DNA of 64,000 nt from Octopus vulgaris (Eukaryota): NCBI GenBank assembly GCA_951406725.2, contig OX597817.1:86490001-86554000 (forward strand). Reading direction: 5' to 3'. The translations under genes were made by a program, and so were the position numbers. Below the pieces are notes generated by a model. The model did no database searches and was not told the DNA's origin. It saw only the letters and a program-made list of their open reading frames with translations. Shown here piece by piece: positions 40,252 to 53,843 of the stretch (position 1 is the stretch's first letter; each line of letters begins with the position of its first letter).

Positions 40252-41412
40252 ACTAGCCTGGTTGAAATTACGTTTCGTATTAGGGAATAATTAAATGACA
40301 GTTCCCCCAAAGGTCCGAACGAATGAATTTAAACAGCACGACAACAGCACCAAAAAACAAGAAAAAACGAAAGAAAGAAAGAACAGAAAACTTAGCTGGA
40401 TATAATTGTTGGATCAAATATTCGCCTGGAACCAGCAATGACACATCCATTAAAGAATGTAGCCCCCGTCAACCTCTCCGAGCGTCAACCCACTAACCCA
40501 AGCCCCTACGTTTAACCTCATCGTTAAACTTTACATACCAATCTTCACCCCATCAGCAGCCAACGGTATTAACAACAGACGCCGATCCATCTGACACAGA
40601 ACAAATACGAATACACACATACACACACACACACAACACACACACACGCGATTACACACACACGCACGCACGAACATACACATACGCATTTACACACACG
40701 CATACGCACACTTACATATGTATGCAGTAGTACGGCGGGAAATGCATTCATAGACATTTGTACGAAGAAACATTCATACGCTTCAACAGACCTTTTCTAC
40801 AATATTCCCTTCATCTTTCTCTCCTTCTCCTCCTACATTGATCGTCATTATACATTTTCCATTCATTCTTCATTGTCAACTCGTTCACACGCCATACTCG
40901 TACACATACATATTATTCACAAACACATACGGCCATGCAAGCACGCCTAAATGCACTCGCGTTCTCTATTAACATTTGTTCGCTTTAATCGCCGTGTTGC
41001 CGTTTTAAATTCTTCCTTCTCAGCCGCTGTTAGCCTTCCTTTCTTTCCTTATATTAAAAATCATTCATGTTTTAAGAAAAACAATGACAACATAAGTTAA
41101 GAGTGACACACCCATGCAAAGAAACGGATGAGAGAGAGGGAGATGACGATAGCAAGGGCTGCTGTATAGCTGGGGGTTGGAACAGACAACCATAATAGTT
41201 AATGGTTGCTACAGGAAACTTGGTGATTATCCTGTAATGTTCGATGTTAAATAAATCAAGAACCGGAACAAACATTGGATACTCGTCATTGTCCGATCTG
41301 TTAGAAATAGCATCCAAATCTGCTTCAAAGCACACAATACGTTTAAAAAACATGAACGACAGCATTAAATGTTGGTTAATGTAGTCTTAAATACAACAGG
41401 TCTAGAGAGGCA

Positions 41413-41497
<85 letters not shown>

Positions 41498-42032
41498 GCC
41501 CTGATGCAGTACCAGGCAGTGGCTATCATGGCTTCTGATCTTAACTGATTGGAAGTGTTATCATGTACATTGTTTTGTCTTGGTATAAAAGATGGGCTAC
41601 AGCAAATATTCTGCTCAATAACACAGATTTGCTTGTCAGTTGTTTGACCTTAACCTGTTGAGCATGCCCCTTAGTGGCTGACGATATGTGCATCTCTGAT
41701 CACGTGCAGAAGTAGTGGGGAGCAGCATAGCCATGTGTTGAGAGGGATTCTTAGAGGTTTAAATAATTCACCTTTGGAAACAGGGGTGGTTCGTTCAACG
41801 TCCTTAAACAACCCTTATTAGGGGATCTTTTGAGCGGGATGGGCTACTCAACCAGAAGAAAATTGTAACTGGGCCTCACCTGCAAGGTCATGCGCTGTTT
41901 ATCTTGATATGAGATCACCATGTCGCGCACACATGGTTGTGATGCATGTGCTTGGTGTACTCTTATCAGACGGGTAGTCATGATGGGTATACTGGGCTTT
42001 GTATATTTTACCCCAGTGTCACTTTGATGGCA
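41498..42032 (+). mobile_element. TAA-embedded non-coding element (copy 2)
   Basis: Colinear with 26235-26789; (TAA)n on both sides. Confidence 0.8.
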
Positions 42033-42101
42033 TATAATAATAATAATAATAATAATAACAACAACAACAATAATAATAATAATAACAACAACAACAACAA
42101 C

Positions 42102-42154
<53 letters not shown>

Positions 42155-42237
42155 TAATAATAATAATAATAATAATGATAATAATAATAATAATAATGAT
42201 GATGATGATGATGATAATGATGATGATGATGATAATG

Positions 42238-42310
<73 letters not shown>

Positions 42311-42399
42311 TAACAACAACTATAATAATAATAATAACTCGAAACTAAACAGCATCTAATAATACTACACAGTAGTAGGAGCAAAGATGATATCTCAAG

Positions 42400-42790
42400 A
42401 CGGTCACAATACGAGTGATTGTAGGAGCACTTGGAATGATAAAAAAAAATGAACGGAAAATTATTTAGAATGACTCCTGGATTACCATCCATGCAGGAAT
42501 TGCAAAAGATTTTATTAATTGCTACGTCTCACGTATTGAGAAGAGTATTGCTGCTGTGAATTTTCTTTCCTTTTTTTTGCCCTTTATTTTCTTTGTTTAC
42601 TATTATATTTTATATTTTTCCTTTTTCTTTCTGCCTTTCTTCCCATTTCTTCTATCACATGACTCTGTAAATGAACAACTGATGTGATTATTGTAATGGA
42701 CTACAAATGTATGCAGTGCGTTCCCCTGCCCTAGGTGTCAGGAAGACACTAGGCAAGAAAAAGAAACGTAATTGAAAGAAGATGATCATG
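42400..42790 (+). mobile_element. R4/Dong 3'-end fragment
   Basis: VIVGALGMIKK..RMTPGLPSMQELQKILLIATSHVLRRVL* matches the C-terminus of the 737-2491 ORF; 3' UTR motif cctaggtgtcaggaagacactaggcaagaaa; (TAA)n follows. Confidence 0.85.
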
Positions 42791-42796
42791 AAAGTG

Positions 42797-42841
<45 letters not shown>

Positions 42842-43225
42842 GCCCTGATGCAGTACCAGGCAGTGGCTCTCATGATTGGAAGTGTTATCATGTACATTGT
42901 TTTGTCTTGGTATAAAAAATGGGCTACAGCAAATATTCTGTTCAATACCACAGATTTGCTTGTCAGTTGTTTGACCTTAACCATTGAATAATAATAATAA
43001 TAATAATAATAGTGGGGGAGCAATAGCCATGTGTTGAGAGGGATTCTTTGGGGTTTGAATAGTTCACCTCTGGAAACATGGGTGGTTCTTTCAACATCCT
43101 TAAACAATCCTTATTCAGGGACCTTTTGAGCGGGATGGGCTACTCAACCTGAAGAAAATTCTAACTGGGCCCCACCTGCAAGGTCATGTGCTGTTACTTT
43201 GATGGCATGCACTGCTCTCTCACTC
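42842..43225 (+). mobile_element. TAA-embedded non-coding element (copy 3, internally deleted)
   Basis: Same ends as the 26235 copy, with deletions and an internal TAA tract at about 42988-43010. Confidence 0.8.
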
Positions 43226-43272
<47 letters not shown>

Positions 43273-43279
43273 TAATAAT

Positions 43280-43322
<43 letters not shown>

Positions 43323-43348
43323 GCAATAATAATAATAATAGTAATAAA

Positions 43349-43417
<69 letters not shown>

Positions 43418-44069
43418 TAACGGAACCCATAACAAAACCAAATAAAACATCAACGGACGGATAATCATGAATACTACAAAATAGTTGATTTAGGAGCTAC
43501 ACACACATATACACTACTATGCAACACTTCTCCAAAAACATACAAGAATGAATTCATACTGTAAATACCCAACAAAATTAACAAAATCCACAACATGTGC
43601 CATAGAAGGTCGATACCCGACAGAACACAACCTGCGCTAAACAAACAACACACAATATAAAAGCTAATACAGCAGAAGACTCAAACAAAACCCCATAACA
43701 AAACGTACTGATACAACACAATATCTCCGCCCCCCAAAAAATGCAACACACCCCACCCCACCAGCACAACGGGGCAACAAATGATGCGATAGAAAGTTGC
43801 TTGAAACTATCAGATCTCGAAAAATAATAGTGGTGATGACGATGGTGACGAATGTTACCTTATCTCAGTTTATGAGAGACAGGACTTTCCGAAGAACTCT
43901 GGTTGTAACAGCGAGAATGAAGCTGAACCTTTAAGGGAAGGCCTCTCGCTCGGCAATGGATCAGTAAATATGCAGACTGACCAGAGCTGTTATCCTAATA
44001 CAGCATCAGTAGATAATAGAGCAAGGAGGAAGTGGACCAGTGAAAAGTGAGGGCTAGAGAGAGTCAAGA

Positions 44070-44480
44070 CGTGGTATGAGCACAAACCACAGAAAGTGGC
44101 GGGGTCGGAGACTTGCAAAATCCTCTGGTATTTCCCAATCCAAACAGATCAGGTACAAGAGCTTAACAGACCGGATCTGGGGGTGGTCGACAAGATGCAC
44201 CACATGTACTATATAGTTGATGTTACATGCCCCTTTGACCCACGAATAATCAAGAAAGAAGGCGAAAAAATAGATAAGTGCAACCTTCTTAAGTACGAAA
44301 TAGCCCGGCTATGGAAAATGTAGAAGGTGAAGATAGTCCCAATTATTTGGGCTTGGGGACAGTATCAGAAAGCATCAAGAGGAATATAAAGGAAATTGGA
44401 ATAGAGTGTCTAGTAGAACTGTTACAAAAGTTTTGCTCTCTTGGCACAGCCAGAATAATCAGGAAAGTATTAGATAACTA
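44070..44480 (+). pseudogene. Restriction-like endonuclease fragment of a second R4-clade LINE family, followed by (GAAA)n
   Basis: WYEHKPQKV..KILWYFPIQTD..NRPDLGVVDK..IVDVTCPFD..EKIDKC..LKYEIARLWKM*KVKIVPII..LQKFCSLGTARIIRKVLDN*; (GAAA)n at 44510-44697. Confidence 0.85.
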
Positions 44481-44550
44481 AAAAGAGAGAATAGCATGAT
44501 CAGTAAACAAGAAAGAAAGAATGAAAGAAAGAATGAAGGAAAGAAAGAAA

Positions 44551-44584
<34 letters not shown>

Positions 44585-44594
44585 AGGAAAGAAA

Positions 44595-44687
<93 letters not shown>

Positions 44688-45493
44688 GAAGGAAGAATTT
44701 GAAAACTGGACAGCTACTTTGTTTATTAACCTCGAAGAGATGAAAAGCATTGTTGACCTCGGTGACCTTTGAGGTAAGAGCAAGGAAAGCCAGAACGAAT
44801 TACTGACCTTCTAACAATTCTGCCAACTCATTGCCTTTCAGTCACAGAATGGTGAATTAGCAATGGGCGTTAGAGCAATTCAGAGCACTTTCTCTGACTC
44901 TTTTGCCCTCTGTGTTCAAATTCCTCAGCGGTCAGCCTTGCCTTTTGTACCTTCGAAGTTGATAATTAAAAATACCAGCCCAGTATTGATTCTTCTTCTT
45001 GATGCTTCTTCTTCTCTTTCTCTCTCTCTTTCTCTCACCCTCAATCTTTCTCTCTCTGTTTCTCCCTTTTTTCCTTCCTCCTTCTCTCTTGCTATTCTTC
45101 CCTCTTCCCCACCCTCCATCCCTGGAGGAAACGTTCCGCTAGATTTAAATGGTTAACATATATTATATTGTCATACCAACACCCCTACGTCGCATTTCAA
45201 GGCTCGTTGTCCCCAAAGCTACAATTTGGTTGTTGGTTCCATTACTGTAGGCTTCATAAATATTGATTTCAAATTTTAGCACAAGGCTAGCAGTTTTTGA
45301 GGTGAAGTGCAAGTCGATTTCATAAACCCCAGTACTGGAGTCTATGAATCGAGTTCCCCCCTCCTCAAAACTTGACTGGTGCTTACTTTATCTACCTCGA
45401 AAGGATGAAATGCGAAATTTGAACTCAGAATGTAATGACAGGCGAAATGCCGCTAAACATAACCGCAGTCTAGTGACTGAAACATGTAAAAGA

Positions 45494-45524
<31 letters not shown>

Positions 45525-45850
45525 GGATTAATGAGAGACCCGGAAGATGGGAGATAGACGATACAGGAAACTATTGATCACTACAATTGTTTTGATCCAT
45601 CCAGCATCGACCCCTCACAGGTGGAATACTGAGCATCTGGTTTAGATGTATCCGTCGGTGTAGATGTGTCTCCTCGGGTGATTTCAAGAGGTATCTCATT
45701 AAAATACACTCTCTTTCGGAAGATTTCTTCTTGGTTTTCGTATATATAAATGTCAGATTTATAAAAGATCATAACAAATATCAGGTACAAAAAGACACAA
45801 ATACACAATCCAGCCAAAAAAGTATTAGATATAATATATTAATATGGATG

Positions 45851-45913
<63 letters not shown>

Positions 45914-45917
45914 GGAT

Positions 45918-46064
<147 letters not shown>

Positions 46065-46533
46065 GGCGCAGGAGTGGCTGTGTGGTAAGTAGCTTACTTA
46101 CCAACCACTTTGTTCTGGGTTCAGTCCCACAGCGTGGCACCTTGGGCGTCTTCTACTATAACCTCGGGCGGACCAAAGCGTTGTGAGTGGATTTGGTAGA
46201 CGGAAACTGAAAGAAGCCCGTCGTATGTGTGTGTGCGTGTGTGTCTGTGTCTGTGTGTGTGTCTGTGTTTATCCTCCACCTTCTTTGACAACCGATGTTA
46301 GTGTGTTTACGTCCCGGTAACTTAGCGGTTGGGCAAAAGAGCCCAATAGAATAGGTACTAGGGTTACAAAGAATTATTCCTGGGGTCGGTTTGTTCGATT
46401 AAATGTGGCGCTCCAGCATGGCCGCAGTCAAATGTCTGAAACAAGTAAAATAATGAAAAATAAAAGTATATATATATATATATACTTTTATTTTTCATTA
46501 TATATATATAAATATATATTTTTTTATTTTTTC

Positions 46534-46576
<43 letters not shown>

Positions 46577-46579
<3 letters not shown>

Positions 46580-47190
46580 CGGGTAAGCTGTGATGGGGAG
46601 GTGTTGTAGAGATTTGCTATTAATTGAATTAGGGATTATATTTTTGTTCACAATTTATTAATTCGTGTAGAACTTTGTAGATAGTTGTCTATATTTAGAT
46701 GTGTCACCTTTAGGTCTAGGGATTATTTTTTAATGGTTCACAAAAAGGAAGTTGGAAGGTAAAGGTTTTTTATCATTGGGCGAGTCATTAGTTTTAGTTA
46801 TTTCTGGTTTTATTGAATTTAATCCTTTGCTTTGAGAATGTAAAGTTCAAAGTTCAAAGTTTAATTCAGTATTTAAAAAGTTAGAAATTTAGTGTGTCAT
46901 TCTTTTTGCAATGAACTTTTTAAGTTTCACAAAAGAATGGCACTAGGTGGTACATTTTAGCGGGTTAGAAATTTTCTTTATTTGCTGTTTGATGTTATTT
47001 AAGATATTACCTATTTATATTTGGAAGGTAGAGGTTATTATTTATGCTTATCATGGTGTAATTAATATAGAAATAATTGCTTAGCTGGGCGAAACTTCGC
47101 AGTCACTGACAATTCTACTCTTGTTAAAGAATAATAAATTTGTACTCTACAAAATTATGGAGTAGCCCATCAGATTGTTTTTATTAAACA
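46577..47190. mobile_element. Degenerate Penelope-like remnant next to (TA)n
   Basis: Minus strand at about 46860-47000 weakly resembles a GIY-YIG C-terminus (NIK.QIKKISNP.K.T..C); plus strand has cgaaac...gtc followed by aataaa at 47090-47140. Confidence 0.3.
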
Positions 47191-50055
47191 TTAGTGTGTG
47201 GGGTGCGTGTGCATGTGCGTGTGTGTGTGTGTGCGATTTCTAAAAACAAGATTCACAGTTGCCAAAGTTATAAACTTCTTAATAATTCACCTCAGCTATT
47301 TGGACATTAAACACTAATATACTTAGGTCGGCGCTCTGTTGTCTCAACCACCTCGATCTTCCTAATATAAACCATTTATTTTTGAGATAATTATTGTTTA
47401 TAGATAGACTTCTGGTCTCTTTTCTTTATTATTTTTTAAAAACTTTTTATTAAGTTTTGGGGGATTTCTCTGTTTATCATAGCTTAGACGTGAAACAGTT
47501 TTTATCAGATTAACCTTCATAACCTTATCATAACGATTTACAAACACATTTCGTCTGCCATCTGGAGACTCTTGGCTCTCTGTGTTATTCGTTTGCTACA
47601 AAATGGTAACATTTATTTCTTGTACAAGATAAACAATCCGACTTTATTCTTATCAATGAAATCTATAATTATTTTATTCTAACAGTCTTTTCAGAACTAC
47701 ACCATCCGTCCCCTACATCGAAACAATGGCCTCCTTCATTTACTCTTGTATCCTATTTCGAATCATTGAAATAATAATTCATCTAAGCATTCAGGATCCC
47801 ACACTGAAAAGTGGGAACTTGATGCTGTTAAGCATATAGTTCGGCGCTCTCTTTACTATGGTCGCCCCGCAAAGCTTTCAGCTGCAACGTAGGAGTGTTG
47901 TCATAGCATATGGTGTATGTTGACCATGTAAACCGACCGACTGAATGAGGAGGCTTCCATAGTAGATTAATGACGTATGAAGAAGAAGAAGAAGAAGAAG
48001 AAGAAGAATTGTTTCTGATTTTAGCAAAAGGCTAGGAATTTTGAGGAAAAGAAAAAAGTCAATTACGTCGACCCTAGTACATGACGGGATTTTATTTCAT
48101 CGCCCCCAACCCCGAAAGGAAGAAAGGCAAAGTCAACCTCGGTGGGGTTTGAACTCAGAAAGTAAAGAACCGGAAGAAATACCGCTAAACATTTTGGTCG
48201 ACACGCTAACGATTCAGCAAAAGCTTCTGGTATTTGGCACTCTTCCATTCAAAGGCTGGATGGCACCATTTTTTCCTTGGTGCTATAAGCTCGATAATGA
48301 TTATCTCCGTCCCCTTCTCAGACCACAAAACGTACATCCAGCTTCCGGATTATCAAGACAACCTAGGGAAAGTATACCTTTACCTCAGCTTACCTTTATA
48401 TCTCATGATAGGGTCATTTGCAACAAACAGCTTATTGTTGTTACCATAGTCAATGACTTTCCTCCTTTCACCGCGAACATAACTGATGATGTTTTCCTTC
48501 ACTGTTGGTAGTTCTTATATATTTCCTGACACTGAACTGTAATTTCAAATTTTGGCACAAGGCCAGTAAGTTCGAGGGAAAGAGTAAGTCGATTAGGTCG
48601 ACGCCAGTGCTGAACAGGTACTTATTTTATCGACCCCCCCCCCAAAGGATGAAAGGTAAAGTCGACCTCGGCAGAATTTGAACCCAGAACGTAAAGACGG
48701 ACGAAATGCCGCTAAGCATTTTGCCCGGTGTGCTAAGGATTCAGCCAGATCGCTGACCTACAGTGAATTCTAATAATGGTAGTGGCCGGTTTGTCTTCTC
48801 CAGAAGATACTGAAAAGGACCTCGTACGGCATAATTTTAGTGATACTGAATATATAAGGATATGATTTTGTGCATTTGTTGTACTGCTCTTCTACGAAAT
48901 ATTTAAGCACTAAATATTGAAATACTTATCACTCATGGAAAATGCACAGGTGATTAGCATTCAGTTTCATCGTTAATTCCTTGCAGAAAATTGTGTTGAA
49001 AGAGACAAATTGAAGAAAATAGCTACGGGTGAAACAAACTATATTTTGTCAGACTAATGTTTAAGGATTAAATATTTTATTCACTCTCAGGCTTACCTTT
49101 GTATACCCTATTCTAAGTGACTGGACACAGCTTCTCCTTGAACTTGTCACACCTTGGAACCTTAAGTAAAATTATGGCGGAATTCTGGTTTAAGCACCTC
49201 ATATAACCCCTCATAACATTTCTTTTATTTTTTGGAATTGTTCGAAAACTCTTGAGAATTTCTCTTCTACACAGAGGAATTCTTCTTTTATACTCCTTCT
49301 CCCATAAATCCTAAAAGTTCCACTATTTTCTGAATTATTTTTATATATCAAAGTTTAAAATATAGACAGTCTGAATGCGTTGCAGCAATGGACCACCCTT
49401 GGATGCGTCATCATTCCATCAAGTGGTCGTGCTAAAACTAACAGCTAAATCACCCTTAAATCAAACAATTTCTTTTTCATAATAGTATGAATTCCCGTGT
49501 GTAGAACACAAATTCGCAAAAAATTTCTGAAAATTCAAAAAAAAAGTGATGATGGGTTATATGGGGTGCTTAAACAAGAATTCCGCCAATGTTCTATACA
49601 TATAGTTGCAAATGTAGCCCCGGGACCGACCAATGGTTTGTGAGTGAATTTGGTAAACATGGAAGCCCTAATTGTGTATATATGTGTATGTATGTTGGGG
49701 GGGGGTTGTAAGTGTGTGTGTGTTTGGTGTTCTCTTACCACTTGGCAATGGATATTGGTTTATTTACTTCACCGTAACTTGGTGGTTCGCCATAGAACCC
49801 GATAGGATAGCAAGCAGACTTTAAAAAACAAAACAAAAAATACATAAATTATCTTCGACTAAAAGCACCTTCAAGGCACTGCCCTAACATGGCAGCAGAC
49901 CAATGACTGAAACGAATAAAAGATAAAAAGGAACCTCATGGTACCGGGTTCAGTTCCACTGCATGGCACCTTCAGCAAGTGTCTTCTACTATGGCCTCGG
50001 GCCGACCAAAGCCTTGTGAGTGGATTTGGTAGACGGAAACTAACGGAAAGCAGTC

Positions 50056-50107
<52 letters not shown>

Positions 50108-50202
50108 TTAATCCAAACAAGAAAACAGAAAAAAACACAGCAACGCGAGGACGTGGAACAATTAAAGTATTATTTGACGCTCAGGAAAGAAGGGAAGGAG
50201 GG

Positions 50203-50235
50203 TTTAACGTTTCAAGCGGAGCTCTTCGTCAGAAA
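50203..50235 (-). ncRNA. Minimal type I hammerhead ribozyme motif in a (TA)n-flanked Penelope-LTR-like repeat
   Basis: Minus strand TTT CTGACGA A GAGC tcc GCTT GAAAC GTT AAA: core intact, 4-bp stem II, palindromic AACGTT stem III. Confidence 0.6.
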
Positions 50236-50394
50236 CAAAGGAGAAGGAAAGATCCTGAGAAGGGAAGACAGAGGAAAAAAATATATTTGCTGGTGGTGCT
50301 CAAGAGATCACATGTTGAAAGAACAGAAGTTGAAAGGTAGATGAATCATGATTTTTAAAAACAAGAGAGTTTCAAAGACAAGGAATGTTTGTGG

Positions 50395-50436
<42 letters not shown>

Positions 50437-50993
50437 AAGGATGACAAGTGTGTTTCTGCGTGCGTGTGTGTGTGTATATATGTATGGTGAATAACAGGCA
50501 TGGCTTAGCCAGCTGTCATAAAGAAGTGGCACTTTTTTGTATCCAGCGAGGTCAAAACCAGGTCGAAAAACAAAGGGGTATATGTGTGTGCGTGTAAGTA
50601 TATGTATCATGTGTGTGTGTTGTTTGTAGTGTGAGTGTGTGTGCATGTGTGTGTTCGTGTGTGTATGCGTAGAGTTTGGGTGTGTGGCGAGTAACTGTGC
50701 TTAACCTAGTGTATGTGTGCGTGTGTGCTTGTACGTGCGTATGTATGTATGTATGTATGTATGTATGTATGTATATCTATGTATGTGGCGTGTATATGTT
50801 TGTGTATCTGTGTTTGTGCCCCAACATCGCTTGACAACCGACGTTGATGTGTTTACGTCCCCGTAACTTAGTAATTCAGTAAAAGAGACCGATAGGATAA
50901 TTACTAGGCTTAAAAGAATGTCCTGGGCTCAACTAAAGGCAGTGCTCCAGCATGGCCGCAGTCAAATGATTAAAGGAATTAAAAGAATAAAAG

Positions 50994-51041
<48 letters not shown>

Positions 51042-51315
51042 GTCTTTCATTACTATTTTTTCTTCAAGTCATTGGACTGTGCGGCAATGGTAGGTTCAGC
51101 CAAACAAACGTGCCCTAACATTCTCGAGTCAGGTACTTATTTTATCTGTTCCTTTTGGCGAATCAGGGGCGTAAACAAACCTACACTGGTCGTCCAGCGA
51201 TGGAGGGAGGACAAACACGCGCGCGCACACACGCACATATATTCATAGAAGGAGAGAGTGAGAAGCAGAGAATGAGTCGTGAGATGATGATGTTGATGAT
51301 GATATTCATATATAT

Positions 51316-51319
<4 letters not shown>

Positions 51320-51357
<38 letters not shown>

Positions 51358-51524
51358 ATATATATGTATGTATGTATGTATGTGTGTTTGTATGTATGTA
51401 TGTATGTATGTATGTATGTATGTATGTATGTATGTATGTATGTATGTATGTATGTATGTATGTGTATTCACGCACGTATATAGAGGGAAAAGAAAGATTG
51501 AATATATTTAGACAATAAATATTC

Positions 51525-51560
<36 letters not shown>

Positions 51561-51702
51561 GAATATTTATTGTCTAAATATATTCAATCTTTCTTTCCCT
51601 CTATATACGTGCGTGAATACACATACATACATACATACATACATACATACATACATACATACATACATACATACATACATACATACATACATACATGCAT
51701 AC

Positions 51703-51745
<43 letters not shown>
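51320..51745. repeat. Palindrome centred on a (TA)n tract
   Basis: tgtgtattcacgcacgtatatagaggg..aatattcatg (TA)n catgaatatt..ccctctatatacgtgcgtgaatacaca, flanked by (TATG)n and (CATA)n. Confidence 0.9.
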
Positions 51746-51747
<2 letters not shown>

Positions 51748-51951
51748 TATTTATATTTCAACAGAGGAAACTTACACAGAGTACAACGACACAAAATTAA
51801 GAGAAGTTATGGTGTTACAGGTCGAACTGCTGTTACTGGGAGACCGGAATTATTTCATAATTTTGGCAGCTGTAGCTCACAAAAAGTCAAGGATATGCAA
51901 CCAGTAATGGAAGCATATAAACATTAGATAGATCCGGCATCCTTCTTCAGG

Positions 51952-51982
<31 letters not shown>

Positions 51983-52121
51983 TGTATGTATGTATGTATG
52001 TATGTATGTATGTGGTGTGTATGAATGTATGTGTATATATATATACGTAAACTTACTTGGAAATAGATGTGTGGCATTCAGTCATAAAATAATATAAATA
52101 ATATATATATATATATATATA

Positions 52122-52533
52122 GGCGCAGGAGTGGGTGTGTGGTAAGTAACTTGTCTACCAACCACATGATTCCGGGTTCAGTCCCACTGCGTGGCACCTT
52201 GGGCAAATGTCTTCTACTATAGCCTCGGGCCGACCAAAGCCTTGTGAGTGGATTTGGTAGACGGAAACTGAAAGAAGCCCGTCGTATATATGTATATATA
52301 TATATATATGCGTGTGTGTGTTTGTGTGTCTGTATTTGTCCCCCTAGCATTGCTTGACAACCGATGCTGGTGTGTTTATGTCCCCGTTACTTAGCGATTC
52401 GGCAAAAGAGACCGATAAAATAAGTACTGGGCTTACAAAAGAATAAGTCCCGGGGTCGATTTGCTCGATTAAAGGCGGTGCTCCAGCATGGCCGCAGTCA
52501 AATGACTGAAACAAGTAAAAAGAGTAAAAAGAG
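52122..52533 (+). mobile_element. Full-length family A tRNA-SINE
   Basis: A-box and B-box-like head (gggttcagtccc), internal microsatellite, tail gtaaaaagagta; TA flanks. Confidence 0.88.
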
Positions 52534-53034
52534 TATATATATGCATATTTGCATACATATATGTACATACATATATATTTTTTATTCTTTTTTTCTTTTA
52601 CTTGTTTCAGTCATTCGACTGCAACCATGCTGGAGCACCGCCTTTTGTTGAGCAAATCGCCCCCAGGACTTATTCTTTGTAAGCCTAGTACTTATTCTCT
52701 TTTGCAGAACCGCTAGGTTACGGGGACGTAAACACACCAGCATCGGTTGTCAAACGATGTTGGGGAACAAACAGACACACAAACATATATATATATATAT
52801 ATATAAGGGATATTAGCCAACCGAATATGGCTAGGGACAGAGATATAGACAGTGACTGCTCCGTAATATAAGGGATATTAGCCAACCGAATATGGCTAGG
52901 GACAGGGCAGGGTGGTGGGGGTGTCACTATTGCATTTAGCCCCAGGCGAACATCAACGTCACCAGATAGGCCTGACGCCATCACGGCGTCCTCTATCTTG
53001 CAAAGGGAGATCATCCACCAAGAAGCAGATACCA

Positions 53035-53080
53035 CACACGGACCTAGGTTTCAAGGTGTATTGCCTATTATCAACGTGTG
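53035..53080 (-). ncRNA. Type I hammerhead ribozyme, U3-A8 variant (inverted copy)
   Basis: Reverse complement of 53488-53533. Confidence 0.75.
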
Positions 53081-53487
53081 GTAGGCATCGCTTCTCGATG
53101 AACGACCAACTGTGCAAGATATATATAAGGATTTTCAAGTAAATACATTTACTGATTTCGAAACCTAGGTCCGTGTGTGGTATCTGCTTCTTGGTGGATG
53201 ATCTCATTTTGCAAGATAGAGGACGCCGTGATGGCGTCAGGCCTATCTGGTGACGTTGATGTTCGCCTGGGGCTAAATGCAACAGTGACACCCCCACCAC
53301 CCTGCCCTGTCCCTAGCCATATTCGGTTGGCTAATATCCCTTAAATTACGGAGCAGTCACTGTCTATATCTCATTTAGAGAATTATTATTGCTGTCGAAC
53401 AGATTTTCGAAATCAGTAAATGTATTTACTTGAAAATCCTTATATATATCTTGCACAGTTGGTCGTTCATCGAGAAGCGATGCCTAC

Positions 53488-53533
53488 CACACGTTGATAA
53501 TAGGCAATACACCTTGAAACCTAGGTCCGTGTG
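53488..53533 (+). ncRNA. Type I hammerhead ribozyme, U3-A8 variant
   Basis: cacacg TTGATAA t-agg-caataca-cct-t GAAAC ctag GTC cgtgtg: stem I cacacg/cgtgtg, stem II agg/cct, stem III AC/GT with a palindromic loop; predicted cut after 53527. Confidence 0.8.
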
Positions 53534-53843
53534 TGGTATCTGCTTCTTGGTGGATGATCTCCCTTTGCAAGATAGAGGACGCCGTGATGGCGTCAGGCCT
53601 ATCTGGTGACGTTGATGTTCGCCTGGGGTTAAATGCAACAGTGACACCCCCACCAACCTGCCCTGTCCCTAGCCATATTCGGTTGGCTAATATCCCTTAT
53701 ATTACGGAGCAGTCACTGTCTATATCTCATTTAGAGAATTATTATTGCTGTCGAACAGATTTTCGAAATCAGTAAATGTATTTACTTGAAAATCCTTATA
53801 TATATCTTGCACAGTTGGTCGTTCATCGAGAAGCGATGCCTAC

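Noticed and set aside
45581-45817. 78-aa minus-strand ORF as a possible exon
   Set aside because: Lies between TA tracts in repeat-like sequence, with no recognisable homology or clear splice sites.
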